Part shown: positions 26,601 through 38,625 of the stretch, in pieces
How positions within the stretch are numbered: position 1 is the stretch's first letter
Layout of the letters: each line of letters begins with the position of its first letter
Assembly: GCA_000708835.1 (NCBI GenBank)
Contig: DF236986.1
Span: 241,387-305,386, forward strand
Reading direction: 5' to 3'
DNA from: Klebsormidium nitens
Lineage: Eukaryota; Plantae; Klebsormidiophyceae
Length of the DNA stretch: 64,000 nt
The notes under the pieces: generated by a model
Database searches by the model: none
The model's input: only the letters and a program-made list of their open reading frames with translations
What the model was told of the DNA's origin: nothing
Translations under genes and position numbers: made by a program

Positions 26601-28932
26601 TCACCGGCATGACAATCTGAGCACTCAGGCCCTGCTCGAGACGCATCAATCAACTTGCCTTCGTTCATTCTGCGTCTTTAACTCTTCAATGTTAACAGGA
26701 ACGGACAGGATGCTAGTGAAGGGCGTTGTCGGAAGCTTCAATTACTAAAGCATGAGCTGTGACAATCAACGGGAGGTTGGCTTCGGTGGACGAGCGTGAT
26801 CCGCAAATGCGACACTTTGTCAGCGGGCCGAATCTCCTCGCCGCTTCTTACCTCCCATCTGTGGCGGACGTATTGTCGCTCAAGTGCAGAACCCCCTCTC
26901 CGTCCTTATCCATCACTGCAAAGCGCAGCTCGCCCTGCGGCCCGATGTTGAAGCGCGCCCCATGCGTCGCGCCGTCTTCCGGGTGCGCGCAGATGACCTC
27001 ACCACCCGTGCTGGTACGCACCCAGGCCTCAAACGTGAAGTCCCCACTGCCTGGGTTGAACGCGTGATCAGCTGGCGGGATGACAATGCTGCTCTCAGCG
27101 CCATCGAAGTAGGCCGCCGTGCTCTCTGTGAAACGGCGGCACACGACGGTGCGCCCGGCTGGAAAGATGGCCGAGCCGTTGACTACCGTCACCTGTGTGC
27201 CAGTCCGGCCTAAGTCCTTCAAAGAGAACGCAGGGTCTGGAGGGGGGAGGATGTTCTGGGTGGCCATGCGCGCCAAGTCGTAGCCACGGAAGGAGTTGCC
27301 ACTCAAGAAAAGCGTCGTGCCTTCGACCACTGGGTCTGCCAGGGCGCCGTCCAATGGACCATCATCCATGTCAACCCGGAAGCGCAGCGCGCCCGTTTTG
27401 AGATCCACGCCCGAAACCCGGCCCTTCCCGTTTGCAGCTCGAGCATCCACAAGCACCAGCAGCGACAGCGCTTCGCAGATTGCAGGTTGGAAGAGTGCCG
27501 ACGCGTCCTCGTAGGAGAACACCCACCGTTGCGCGCCTGTCCTGAGGTTGACCGCATAGACGTCGCGGTCTGCCCCCAGGCACACTGCCAGCTTGAAATT
27601 CTCGCTGACCTGCGGTGCGTAGCGCGCCGAGTCGAGCTGCACAGTGGTGCCGTCTGCGGCGCCGCTCTGGCGGGGGAAGGACCAGCTCTGCTCTGAGAAG
27701 CTGGCCTGCACTGTGTGGCACAGCAGGCGCCCGTCGAGGCAGAAAAAGGACGAGGAGCCGGTGTGATTGACGGGACCGAACTGGCCGTCGGGCGGGAACT
27801 CAAGCGGGGGCCACAGGCTGGGGGCGCCGTGGTCCATAGCAAAGCCGAGCATCTGCACGGGATTGCCGGGGGATATTGTGTCAAGGCCTATAACCAGGGC
27901 GAACTTTTTTAACCACCCAGACCTAGTCCACTTGGGCAGCCTGCCTGCAACAAGGGCACCTCTCCGATTGATGCAATGTGTCTGGTTGAAAAGACCCTGT
28001 CCGCTTTGTCCTGGTTGTCAATCAGAAACTTGCTCAGTCCTCCCTTTGAACAAAGTCACCGAAATAGTGAGCTTCTTTACAATCTAACCATCCCCTTGCA
28101 AGCTTTAGCTCAAACCAGACGACAACTATTTGTCCTGAAGAAACCTGCTTACGATTTGTTTCAGCTGTATGAGGTGCAAACAGCGGTTGCAAGTGGATCA
28201 AAAGATGGAATGATGTAAGGAGACTGTAATGAAAGAGATGTAAGGGAGGCAGCTTCTAGGGCCTTTCTGTCATGCACTGCTTTCAGGGATAGAGTTCTGC
28301 TGAGTTGATCAATGATGACCTCAGTTGGAATCCCCAAATTAGTGCTGATGAGTCAACAGTCAATCAGCGCCCGCTGACATTGGTTGAAAGTATTTCCATA
28401 ACACTCAACCAAACAAGTCGTTTTGTGTCCTGGATAGCCATACCTGAACCTTTCTCTTCCCAGTTGCCTCGTCCACTGCCTTGGTCATCACTGCCACAAC
28501 GTCCCCCACTGCTGTCACAGCGAAGGCGCCAGTGACATCAGGCTCCGCCCAACCTGTGGCGTCCCGTGCTAGGCCTGCCGGGTCCACACTGATTGGCTGG
28601 ACGGTCCCTTTGAAGACTCCATCGTGCGTCCGCAGCGCCCGCAGCTTGCCTTGCTCTGCAAAGAAGAGGCATCCCGCGCCCATGCAGCTGAGCGCGTAGC
28701 CTTCATTGTCCAGAAAATCAGGCTGGTAGGGCAGGCTGTTGGCCTGGATTCCCTGGCCCGTGAGAATGTCCACCGACCGAAAGGAGGACGCAGTTGGCAC
28801 CACAACCTGCAAGCCGCCCCCGCTGAGCAACGAAGCGTCCAGGCCCGATGCGTCCAGCGACCAATTGCCCCCAGCGGGCAGCAGAATGTTGTCCTGCAGG
28901 GAGGCCCCTTCTTCCGCTACTCTGTACGCCAT
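14667..28932 (-). CDS. Giant (~2,380 aa) uncharacterised protein: PQQ/BamB-like beta-propeller repeats, two LamG/ConA-like jellyroll domains and a C-terminal helical/hydrophobic region
   Basis: Exons 28932-28444, 27852-26852, 26399-26249, 26023-25286, 24856-24547, 23879-23626, 23332-23051, 22593-22413, 21983-21861, 21762-21738, 21375-21076, 20815-20612, 20249-19917, 19243-19043, 18609-18403, 17640-17463, 16813-14667. All junctions are phase-compatible except 23626/23332, which needs an additional 3n+1 micro-exon. LamG motifs: AYFDG..FTFEAWV..DGRWHHVAA..FSGLIKDVRIW, and VTVEAWV..NGVWHHVAAV..FRGLLGEVRIW..AYWNFD. Propeller motifs: VYAVNLRTGAQRW, VSGVDLKTGALRF, LYGVHAVDGQRAW, VAVLDARDG. Confidence 0.82.
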
Positions 28933-29814
28933 TGTGTACCCAATTTGAAGAATTCCGCCAAGAGTGGCGGGTGCCCTTATTAAAAGCAGAGACTGTCAGC
29001 ATGTCGTCAATCTCCTTGTCGGTAGCTGCTTTAGAAAAGTTGTGGTCCTGTGTGTGCCTGTGGTTGGAGCAACTGCTTCTCACTTTGGCATTGAAGCAAG
29101 CTAGAAAGGCTTTGTTCTAAACTTACTGCCAAGCAACCTCTCCGGCCCCATTGGGCGAGAGCCCCCTCTAGCTCAAGGTCACTGCATGCAGTGCATGATG
29201 CAGATTTGCTGATCATTAATGCAGGTTTGCGTCCGCATTCATTATGAATCTCATCATTGAAAAGCATCCAGCCATCTGAACGGCCAAAAGTCAAGAGGCA
29301 TTGGGTATCCTGAAACCCTTTACTGTACTGCCCAAAGTGGTCGGGAACTCAGCAAAAGCGGGGACTTCGAGTGGGCAAGAGTGCTCGGTTTGCAACGTTG
29401 ACTGGTTAAGAAAGTGAAGTTAAAAGGTGGGACTCTGGCGGAAACTCAACATGCTGAGAGCATGTGCTTGCAATCAATTATCAGACACGCCTGGACACTG
29501 ACACGCAGGAAGGCGCTTTATGATTTATCTACTGTAACTTCTATCTTCTAAGTTCAGTTGAAGAAAGATGCAGGGCCAGGAATGACGGCTTGCCTGACTG
29601 GCATGAAGACGCGCAGTGCTGGGTCCTCACTGCTGAGTGAATGGTGAAAGGATTAAGTAGAATGTGCTGCCCCGCTACTAAGATTACTAGGAGTGACTCC
29701 TCAGCAGACACGATGGACATAGTGACAGACAAGCCCAGTACCTGACAGAGAATGTGAGAGGCCTTCTGGGACCTCATAATTGGGGTTGGCTGGCGCTGCA
29801 GTCATCCAAGGACA

Positions 29815-32423
29815 ATGTTACTTCCCGATTGGATCGCTGCGATTGGTTCGACTGAGCCGCCACCTGACCATCACTTGTTCAAATTGCTCCAAGAAAGCCT
29901 CTGCGGTTCGTCCAGAGCAGTGGGACTCCAGTCTTCTCCCCAAGCACGGCAGCAAAGGCTCAGCGAGTCCGACGATTCAAGGGAGCGCTGCATTGTTCAG
30001 GATTCCGCACCCGGTCCTAATCCTCCCCCAGACGGTCCTCCACCGCCTCTAAAGGAGTTTGTCTTCAGCTGGCAGTCCACTATCTCAGATCAAAGTCCGT
30101 TGTCAATCCCCCCCGTCCAGCGCCCCAAGGCTGTTCCTGAGCTTGGTCTCTTTGTCTTTGATGATGGCCTTACAGTCTTTGTCGTTGACACGAGAAGAGC
30201 CAAGGCAACGCTCACATGGCAGGTGTCAGCACAGAGCCTGCTGCAGGGGTGGGAGGTCTTTGATGCGCACTTGTACGTGGTGGACGGGACCGTGCTGTCG
30301 CGCTACGACCTCTTAGCTGAGAAGCCCACCACTGTCGCAACGTTGGACCTTTATGACGGGCCTGCAAGCGAGTCTCAGCGGCTCAACGCCGCTCTGCACG
30401 CCGCCTGGCAGGGCCGACAGTGGGTGTCCCTCTTGTACTGGCTGTATTCTGAGGCCGTCGGCATTTCGGAGAGCCTGCCGCGGCCGCAGATTGACCTAGT
30501 GGCAGGGTTTAAGAAGTATTTCCTCACTATCGCCCCAAAGCTGCCAAAAGACTACGTCTTCTCTCTCCCCATGGTGCCTAACCCCTCGCTGCCAGCCCCT
30601 GTCCCTGTCATCACCCGGGAACAGCTCACGGGGGACCGAACCTGCCAGCTGTTCCTAGCGTTGTTGGATGTGCTCCAGGTGTTGGGCATGCCTTACCGCA
30701 GCGGCGTTGACCCGCCAACGGTGTGCGCCTACATGAAGGACCACCCCGAAGAGGCAATCAACTTGCTCTGGTGTTGCCGGGAGGGCTACTTGGGCCTCGG
30801 CGTGAACGCTTTCGATGCAAAGAGTCGGGAGTTGGACGATTTGTTGGCCGGAAATGCACTCAGGTTCTCTGCGCCGGTGTTCAGCAGCACAGACCGCGGG
30901 CTCTTCGTTCTTTGCTCAAACGGGTCGGTGCTGAACATCGAATGGGATACAGGAGGCATGCCTGCTGCCATGGGAGTTGTGCGGAGGTATCCGTCAGTGA
31001 CAACACAGGTATGTTGCGTACATTGGTTTGGGGTTTCTAAAGCGGGACCGGCGAGACTCCAAGCATCTCTTGTGTGCACCGCTGATCTGCTTGTATTGCA
31101 TCTTGGCAAGCTCTGCTTGTAGCCTGGGGGCTTTTGGGCCTGGCTGTTTGTCTATGGCTTTGTCTTAGATTGGAGTCTGTATAAGACTTAGTCGAGTTTA
31201 GGCAATCGTTTGGAACATTTGACAGAGTGCTCACTCCAATGCCCCTCAGAACTGTACCACATAGCTGCACTTGGTGGCAGTTTACCTGACATGACTACTC
31301 TGCAGAGTTCTATCGTGTTTGTTGATGCTGCGCCAATGCCACTTTACAGCAAGGCCCTTCTGAGCCAGCTTTAGTGTGTCATTTGGTTGCAGGTGGACAA
31401 AGGACCATTCGGGCCAGGGCATATAGATTTATGGCTTCCATACTTCTGTCAATCGTCATTCCTCAACCCCGCTCTCTTGCGCTCCCGTTGCAGGCGGTGG
31501 TTCGGTCGGGCCTTGTATTGTGCGACCCTGCTGCGGCGCTCTTCTTCCTTTCGGAGGACAAGGGCCTTTGTTCAGTCTCATTGCGAGGGGCGGCGCCACA
31601 GAACTTCCCACCCCCGCAAGCCCCGGATCCAGCCACTTTCCAGTACCAGTGGGATTCCGCCTACACAAGCCTGCAGCGTATGCCCCCGGTGTTCAGCGTC
31701 TCTCGGCAAGTCTGGGCGTCCCTGCCAGCTCTATATGCGTTTCAAATTCCAGACGGGGGCGACGCGCCCTTTAGCGCGCCGCTGTGGCAGCCACTCCCCG
31801 GCGACCGCTTCACCTCCGTCGAGGTGGATGAGGACAGCGGGACGTTGCTGATCGTAAACAGCAGTGGCTCAGCCAGTTCTTACAGCCTCAACGTGCCTCC
31901 AGGCTCCGCTCTGCGTTTGGTTGGGCAGACCACGACCACCTTCAACAACGCAATCGAGCCAGGCCGTTACCCTCTTCCCGCCTGTTCCGCAGCGCTGATC
32001 AAGCCCGTAGCATCCTCCGCCAACGGCGCGGCTTCCCCTCCTAAACTGCTGCTCGTCGAGACGGACTCCCAGTACGGGTCCGCTTCAGGCACTGCGTTCG
32101 CTGTAGCCTCTCGTCTAAGCGAGCCTGGTGGCCCTTTTCAAGACGGCGATGTAACACGCCTGGGGACGATCCCAGGCATTGCCTTCAGTGCCCCCATCGG
32201 GTTTTACAACGAGCAAACGGACCAACCGCAGGCGGTTGTCGCTTGGGGCAGTGGACCTCCATCGCAGCTGTTGGACGAGTTGGCACCCGCACCTGGGGCC
32301 CAATCGCTGGCGTCTTCCGCATGGAGTCGCGCCATTGTTGGCAAGTCGCCAGCTGAACTGATGGCCAGCGCACCGCCAATTGGGTTGGGGTTGCGTCCGG
32401 GGCTGACCAGCATCCCGTTGTAA
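29815..32423 (+). CDS. Uncharacterised ~700 aa protein, probably beta-propeller-like, divergent from the giant gene
   Basis: Long ORFs 29815-31008 (donor CAG|gtatgt) and 31494-32423 (acceptor ttgcag|GCG), both phase 0. Beta-strand-rich repeats include LYVVDGTVLSRYDL, FSAPVF..LFVLCSNGSV, LFFLSEDKGL and LLIVNSSG. Possible extra 3' exons at ~32511-32559 and ~32694-32787 (LEMKDLTVVRREFNQID-VHWVRFN..PIIYGFNLATQA*) could replace the 32423 stop. The start codon is uncertain. Confidence 0.65.
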
Positions 32424-33158
32424 AGTGGCTATGTGGTTGGTAGAACGCCCCCTGGTAGTTAGACCGTTTGCTTTTCAGCAGGACATCTTGTGCTCGCTTA
32501 GTTGTCTAGGCTGGAGATGAAGGATCTGACCGTCGTCAGAAGGGAATTCAATCAGATAGGTGATAGTACTTTGACCCCAAAACATGAGCAGGAAGAGGCA
32601 AAAAGTGCGTCAGAACAGGTTGCCTGTCATTGCGAGCCTGAGCAACGATAATAACTCAGGTCCTACTCAATCATATCGTCTGTCTCCATGCAGATGTTCA
32701 TTGGGTCCGGTTCAATGACATGCAATGCTCCGGGGCCAGCCAGCCCCCCATCATTTATGGATTCAATCTAGCTACTCAAGCTTGAGCTGATCGATGCATC
32801 AAGAACACAGCGGGCGCGGATTTGCTTATGATTGCATGCAAGGATTGGAATCAATTTTGACATGCTATACACTTGAAATTGGTTTTCGCGTAGTAAGTGG
32901 GCAGCTTAATGCATGAAGTTACGATCTCGGATCGATAGAACTTTATTCAGAGCCCGCATGCTTTCGCGACGTAGAGCATGTCTGAAATCTGGTATAGCGA
33001 GATGGCAGAATTCAAATCATTCGACTTTCCAGTATACAAGCTGCATACCGTTGATAATGTTAAGGTCTAGCTGCTTCAATGGCCTGGTTTATAAAATTGA
33101 CGGCCTTAAAGCCAGCTGTAGGGTCGCCACATCAACCAGGAACGCTGAACAGCATTCA

Positions 33159-36100
33159 TCAGATCAACACAATGTCCTTCCCTGGATTCTCCTCCTGCCT
33201 CTCCCCTCCCGAACCGTTCCTTTTCCTTCGTATTCTTATAAGCAACCCGTAGTGATCGCTGGGAAACACAGGTAACGATACCCTCCTAAACCCGTCCCCA
33301 TTTCGAAACTCCCGGTCGCACCGAAGCCCCGGAATCGGCTCGGTCCCGACCATTTCGATGCTTTCGGCGTCGAAGTCTTGCAGGCGACACCAGAAGCGGT
33401 CCAGCCGGCCTTGCAGGGCGCCCCCGATCATGCCGTTGGTGCGACCGTCGTAGGTGTAACCTGGCTTGAGATACTGCGCACCGAAACAGGCCGGGTGAGC
33501 TCTCAGGCCCGAAGCAATTGCTTTTCCGTGAAGAACAAAGTGAACGGCCCCCGTTACACACGAGTTGGAAACGAGTGGCATACTGCCGGTTTATAAACAA
33601 ATGCGTGTCTGATTCTTATGGTTTTGGTAATATAGAGGAACGGAGCCGAACTGGAATCACACGCGTGTCAGGTTTTAAATGGTTCTGCTAATATCCGAAG
33701 CGATCCTCATGATCACAGGCGACGTTCCAATCGCTTTCTGGGCGGTGCGTGGGGATCAGGCGGCAGATGAGGAGGCGCCTGGAAACAACTCATGGCAGGG
33801 TAAATTGCGCAATGGCACTTTGCTCCAAGCAAGAATTGCAAGCTGAATTGAAGCGTGCGAAGGTCGCGGGTCAGTCCTTGAAAAATCAAGCAGCCACCGG
33901 GAAGCCCCTTGGGGTGAAGCGAAAGGTCGTCTCGTCGCCAATACTAAGCTTTGCTGGTCAGAAGATTGGATCACTCAGACTTCAGGCATGACATTCTGGT
34001 AAAAGCCTACCATACAGAAACAGTGTTTGATACTTAGGAGAATCTTATACCTGTAAGAGACGCTCGGGGACGGGTGGGGTTGGTATGATGGTTAGGGTGG
34101 GTTTAGATATGGAGCGCGTCAAGTTTGTGAATGAAGGTGTCTAATTGTGGGTCTAGGGTTTGGAACTCCAGGCATCGCATGCAGACAACCAGTAAGTAAA
34201 CACCGCAATAGGCTGGACTGAAAGCCCCAGACTTGAGCTGCAACGGGCTGAAACCAGTCTCGCTTTGCGTCCCCACTTCTTACAACCAAATACGTCAAGC
34301 ACTGATGAGGGATAGAGGGAAGCAGATTGGTCAAGATTGGCGGAGCGCTTGCCACGTGTCCCCACCTTTTCTATGGGGTGGAGGACGAGCCACGCGTCGA
34401 ACCAGAGCGGGGGGAGGGGGACCCGGCCGTCTCGTCGCTCATTCCAATTCATGTCGCCGCCAAACACGCAGTTAGGCAAGGAACCCAGTTTCTCGAACAC
34501 CTCGCGAGCCTAAATGGCAAATGAATTAAGTTAATCGGTAAGACAACCTGAAAGATTTTCCATCGTCTCCAGAGTCCGAACACGCAGTTTTGATAAGAAA
34601 CCCACTTTTTCTTACCGCTTCGCGAGCCCAGAAACAAGGTTGGTTGCTCAGTAGGTTAAACCAAAAGTCCCTCCTTAAGGTCTATGTTGCTACAAACACG
34701 TACAAGCCGATTTTTTGAACGCCTCTCGAGCCTGGTGTACAAGGTAAGTCGGTCAGTCGGTCGGGTCAGGAGCGCATGCTAGAATACATCTACCCACAAC
34801 ACGCAGCTCTGCACAGATCTCAATTGTTCAAATGCGGAGACGAGTCTGGGAAAGACGGGGTTGGATTATTGGGTTAGCCGCAGGGTGATCAAACTTGGCT
34901 CGTTGCGATCTGCTCCGGTAACTCATCGGACTCGCTAAAATAAGCGCACTGCTAAGACAAAAACCGGTCTCCAAATGCCATCTTTTTGAGATCAGGTTGT
35001 TCTGTCAACTCTTCAGTCAGCCAGAGACTCGATCCGCTGAGACTCATGCCGCTTGACCGGACAGTTCAATGCAATGCCCTAAAGCCTTGTGCTTTCAAAG
35101 TTTCGTATACTGCTGAGTATTATGCGCCAAACCTTACTTTCACGACCCTCAAGATCAATCCTCTAACACGAGCTCAAAGCCCTGAACTCTTGGAGGGTCC
35201 AATTCGACGCTCCGCCTGCTTTTCCTGGCTTATTTGTTAGTAGTCCTTGCAGTTCCTTTTGTGTCAAGTGTTAGCTCGTATACTTCAATTTATGGAAAGT
35301 TGACACCAGGACTCACCTGCGTGTTCCGAGGTCCAATGTACGGCCGCTGGAAGCTCATCGGACTCTCCAGGTGGGCGGTCGCTACCGTCAGCAGCGGTCC
35401 GTCTCCCCCGGTCTCGACCACCGCTGTGACGAGCTCCCGGTCCATTGACGTCTCGGCGAACGGCTCGTGCCGGACCGCCCGGCACGGCAGCCGCGTCACC
35501 TGCGGATGTCAGCACTGCTTCGCTCTCGCTGAGATCATAATTTCTCAATGATGCAGCGTTCTGCTTCCTTTCTGTGTCAAAGCGACTTTTATCTTTTGAC
35601 GTCCCAGCGAACGGCTCGTGCGGGACGGCCCGGCACCGCGGCCACGTAACCTGCGGACTTTGTTCTGTTCAAGATGACACTAAATGCAGCGTTCTGCTTC
35701 GTCTCTCTGTTGAAAGGGACTTTTTCCATTTGACGTCTTGGCGGACGGCTCGTGCCGGACGGCTTGGCACGGCAGCCACGTCACCTGCGAACGTTGGTAC
35801 GTCGAATTTGTTCCCCTTGAGATGATTCTTTTCATCTCTTTGTCGTGCGCTCTTCATTGTCGAGCTTTTGGTCTATGGCAGGATAGTGGGAAATCTTCAA
35901 CGCCAGCGCAGTGATAGTCAATATGATCTGCAAGGAGAAGACCACGAAGTAGGGTGGGCCGGAGACAAAAAGGGAACAAAAAAATGGCCGGAGGATTGGC
36001 TTAGCGGGTGAAAAGTCGACTGCCTCCTCTTCTACTTTCTGATTGCTGAACCATTTGGCGCAGAGAACGGATAATGCCTGGACATCGGCGCGAGGCCGAA

Positions 36101-37380
36101 AGTCTACTTTCAGACAAGGCCTTGACAACATCGTTGGGGGATCGAAAAATGTGTTCCAACGGCAATCTGAATCGGGTTTCCTTTACTGTGCACTTCTGGG
36201 GCAACGAGCTTTTGAAAGCGGGCGACCTTGCGAGCTGAAATTAAAGGTTCAGAAATCACAGCGTTTCCGTCCTTCCAGAGATGGCGGGTAGTACTTTGTA
36301 CTTTTTTGGGCGACCTCACCAGCATGCTGAAGTAGGGCCTGGTCGCCTCCGCCTCCGTGAGCGAGCAAACAAAGCCCAAGTCGCGACACCAACGGGCGGA
36401 GGAGAGGAGGGAGTAGATGCGCGGCGTGACCTCTTGGAAAAGTACCACGTGGGGCCGGTGACGCAGGATGACGTCACCGACGGCCGCCATGCGCGCCTCC
36501 ACCTGGCAAAAAGGGGGGAAACGGTGTTGCTTGTTTTCTGCTTCCAGGGCTTCGTGTCCTGTTGTTTGCGGTTTGGATGAGTTACCCTGTTTTGATCGTT
36601 GGTGGCGTATGGCGGGCTGTGCGCAAAGAAGTCTGGGGGTGGTGATAGAGGCCAAAGAGCCCAACTTTCGTACTTCAGGTTGATGGTTATGTAAGAGATC
36701 GTTCAAGGGCATTCTTTCATGAGCAAACAGCTTCTCTATAAGATGAAGATTCGAACTGGTATATCCAATCAGGAACGCTGCTTGCATGTGGCACAGGAGA
36801 CACCATTGAAGTACAGATTTAATATGTTCAAAAACCTGAACAGATCTAACAGATGAAAAGACATGCGCTGGCAGTGGCCACCGCGGTGCCAATGTGGAGC
36901 GCGTCTTACGAAGCATTATGGTTGACTTTTGCCCAGATCCGGACGCAAGACAAGGTAATACGAGCACGCAAGCTGGGGACAACTCCTGGCCAAGAAGCAG
37001 GGCATGAAGCCTGCAAGGACTGAATGACTGAAACCCATCGAGGGAGCTTTCTGCTTTCTGCATCACGAGAAAAGATGTGCAGTCACTTAAAAATCGGAAT
37101 TTGACAGCGTTGCAAGTCGATCCTCGAGTACCCGACTCACCTGGCACTCCTCGTTGAACCACACGTTGTACGTCAGTATCCCGATGACGTCAGCATCAGC
37201 AGGCGCCACCCTTGTTACAAGGAGCCCCCCAGTCCCCATGGAACGGGGTGGGGACTGATCCCCTTCCCACAGCTCATCCCTTACAACAAGCGCCCCAGGC
37301 CCCGGAGCTTGAAGCGCAAACTGTTGTTCTTCTTGTGAGCCCGATGTTGAGGGACGGCTTGTGCCGGGTAGATCGGCCAT
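33159..37380 (-). CDS. TDP2: Tyrosyl-DNA phosphodiesterase 2-like (EEP endonuclease/exonuclease/phosphatase family)
   Basis: Exons 37380-37141, 36502-36320, 35499-35317, 34509-34366, ~33464-33159 give ILTYNVWF, VVLFQEV, MDREL, VATAHLESP, VFGGDMNW, WFDAW, PGYTYD, RLDRFW and PSDHYGL, i.e. all the EEP/TDP2 catalytic motifs. Confidence 0.92.
35440..35790 (-). repeat. Three diverged tandem copies (151 and 134 bp spacing) of the TDP2 exon-3 acceptor plus the first ~55 nt of the exon
   Basis: cgcag|GTGACG.GGCTGCCGTGCC..GC.GTCCGGCACGAGCCGTTCGC...ACGTCAA recurs with exon-start positions 35499, 35650 and 35784. Intron parts (tgcagcgttctgcttc) are also duplicated. Confidence 0.9.
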
Positions 37381-38625
37381 GTGAGATTCTCTTCGCTGAA
37401 GTCAGCATCAATTTGTCTGCTGCCACAGGGAGAAAGAATTGCGTAGAAGATGATTAGTCAGCATATTGCTCTTGAAGTCTTTATGGTCTTAATCAAGAGA
37501 GGAGTGCTAGTCTGCACTTGAGTAAAGCGACATACTGGCAGCGCCATCATTGTTGGAGCGCTGTTGTCAAGCGAAGCACAAGGACAACGATGGTCTGGCT
37601 TATATTGTGGCCTTTGGCTAATGATTCAATATTTGATTTTTACTTTCAGCCTTAAGTTGCCCTATGAAACATTGAGTTTGGCAATGTGAGCCATCTCAGC
37701 TGCAACATGGGCCTCAGAGATAACCATTTCTCAAATACTGAAATCTCTCGGACATCTTCTGTAGATTCTGACAAGCACTCTGAGATCTGGACAGGGTGAA
37801 TCCAAGAGGCCTGTCTGGGCGAGGATACAGAGTTGTTTGTCATGCTCGTAGAAAAGACCCGATGCAATGTTAGGGTTTGAGGATTGTCGGCACGCTGTTG
37901 ACGAGCAAACCAGCAATGCACCTTTCTGGACAGACAATTCGTGAGGCAAGACAACATGTATATGTATCAGCGAATCTGTCCAGTGTGTTTGACACGAAGC
38001 GTTTGAGGAATGCCGTGATTGAATTGGATACATCTCAAAGTGAGCAGCTAGAAGTCATTGAAAAGATCACCCTTGTCCGCACAAGTCAGCTGCCCAAAAA
38101 GCTGAAGTTAGGCACTTACCAGACAAGAAACCTCTTCAATGGCGTGCCCCAGCAATTCTGCTCTTTCCTTACAGAGCTGGGAAGCATGCAGAATGTCTCT
38201 CAAAGCCTTTGGCTCACAAGCGCTGCAATGCGTTCTGTAAGAGGCAGCATCACTGGTCTCAAAAAACATTCAGCTGAGCAGGTGATAGGGCATTTCAACC
38301 TTTAGTCCTAGGTTGGTCAAGCTACTTCTCTTGCGCCCATAGCATACCGTCGCAGCCCAAGATCTCTTCAAACGTACTTTCAGAGCATACGGTAGTGTGC
38401 TCGTTTGGACGCCATGCAGGGCTGCGCAGCGCTTTCTCTCTTGGTTTTCAAGGGATCCCCCTGGTCTCACATCCTTTGAGGCTCGTGTTGATCCACGTGT
38501 CCGATATCAGTCCAGCTGGCAGCACATTGTTCCCTCAACAATCACTGAAAAAAAATGGCGGCGCCTTTCATCTCGACTTTGCAACGTTGTCTCCATCTTG
38601 CAGCTCAGAATTGCGCCTTTCAAGC

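Noticed and set aside
37877-38305. 142-aa ORF between TDP2 and the permease
   Set aside because: No recognisable motif, lower GC than true exons, and no convincing splice context. Probably intergenic/UTR.
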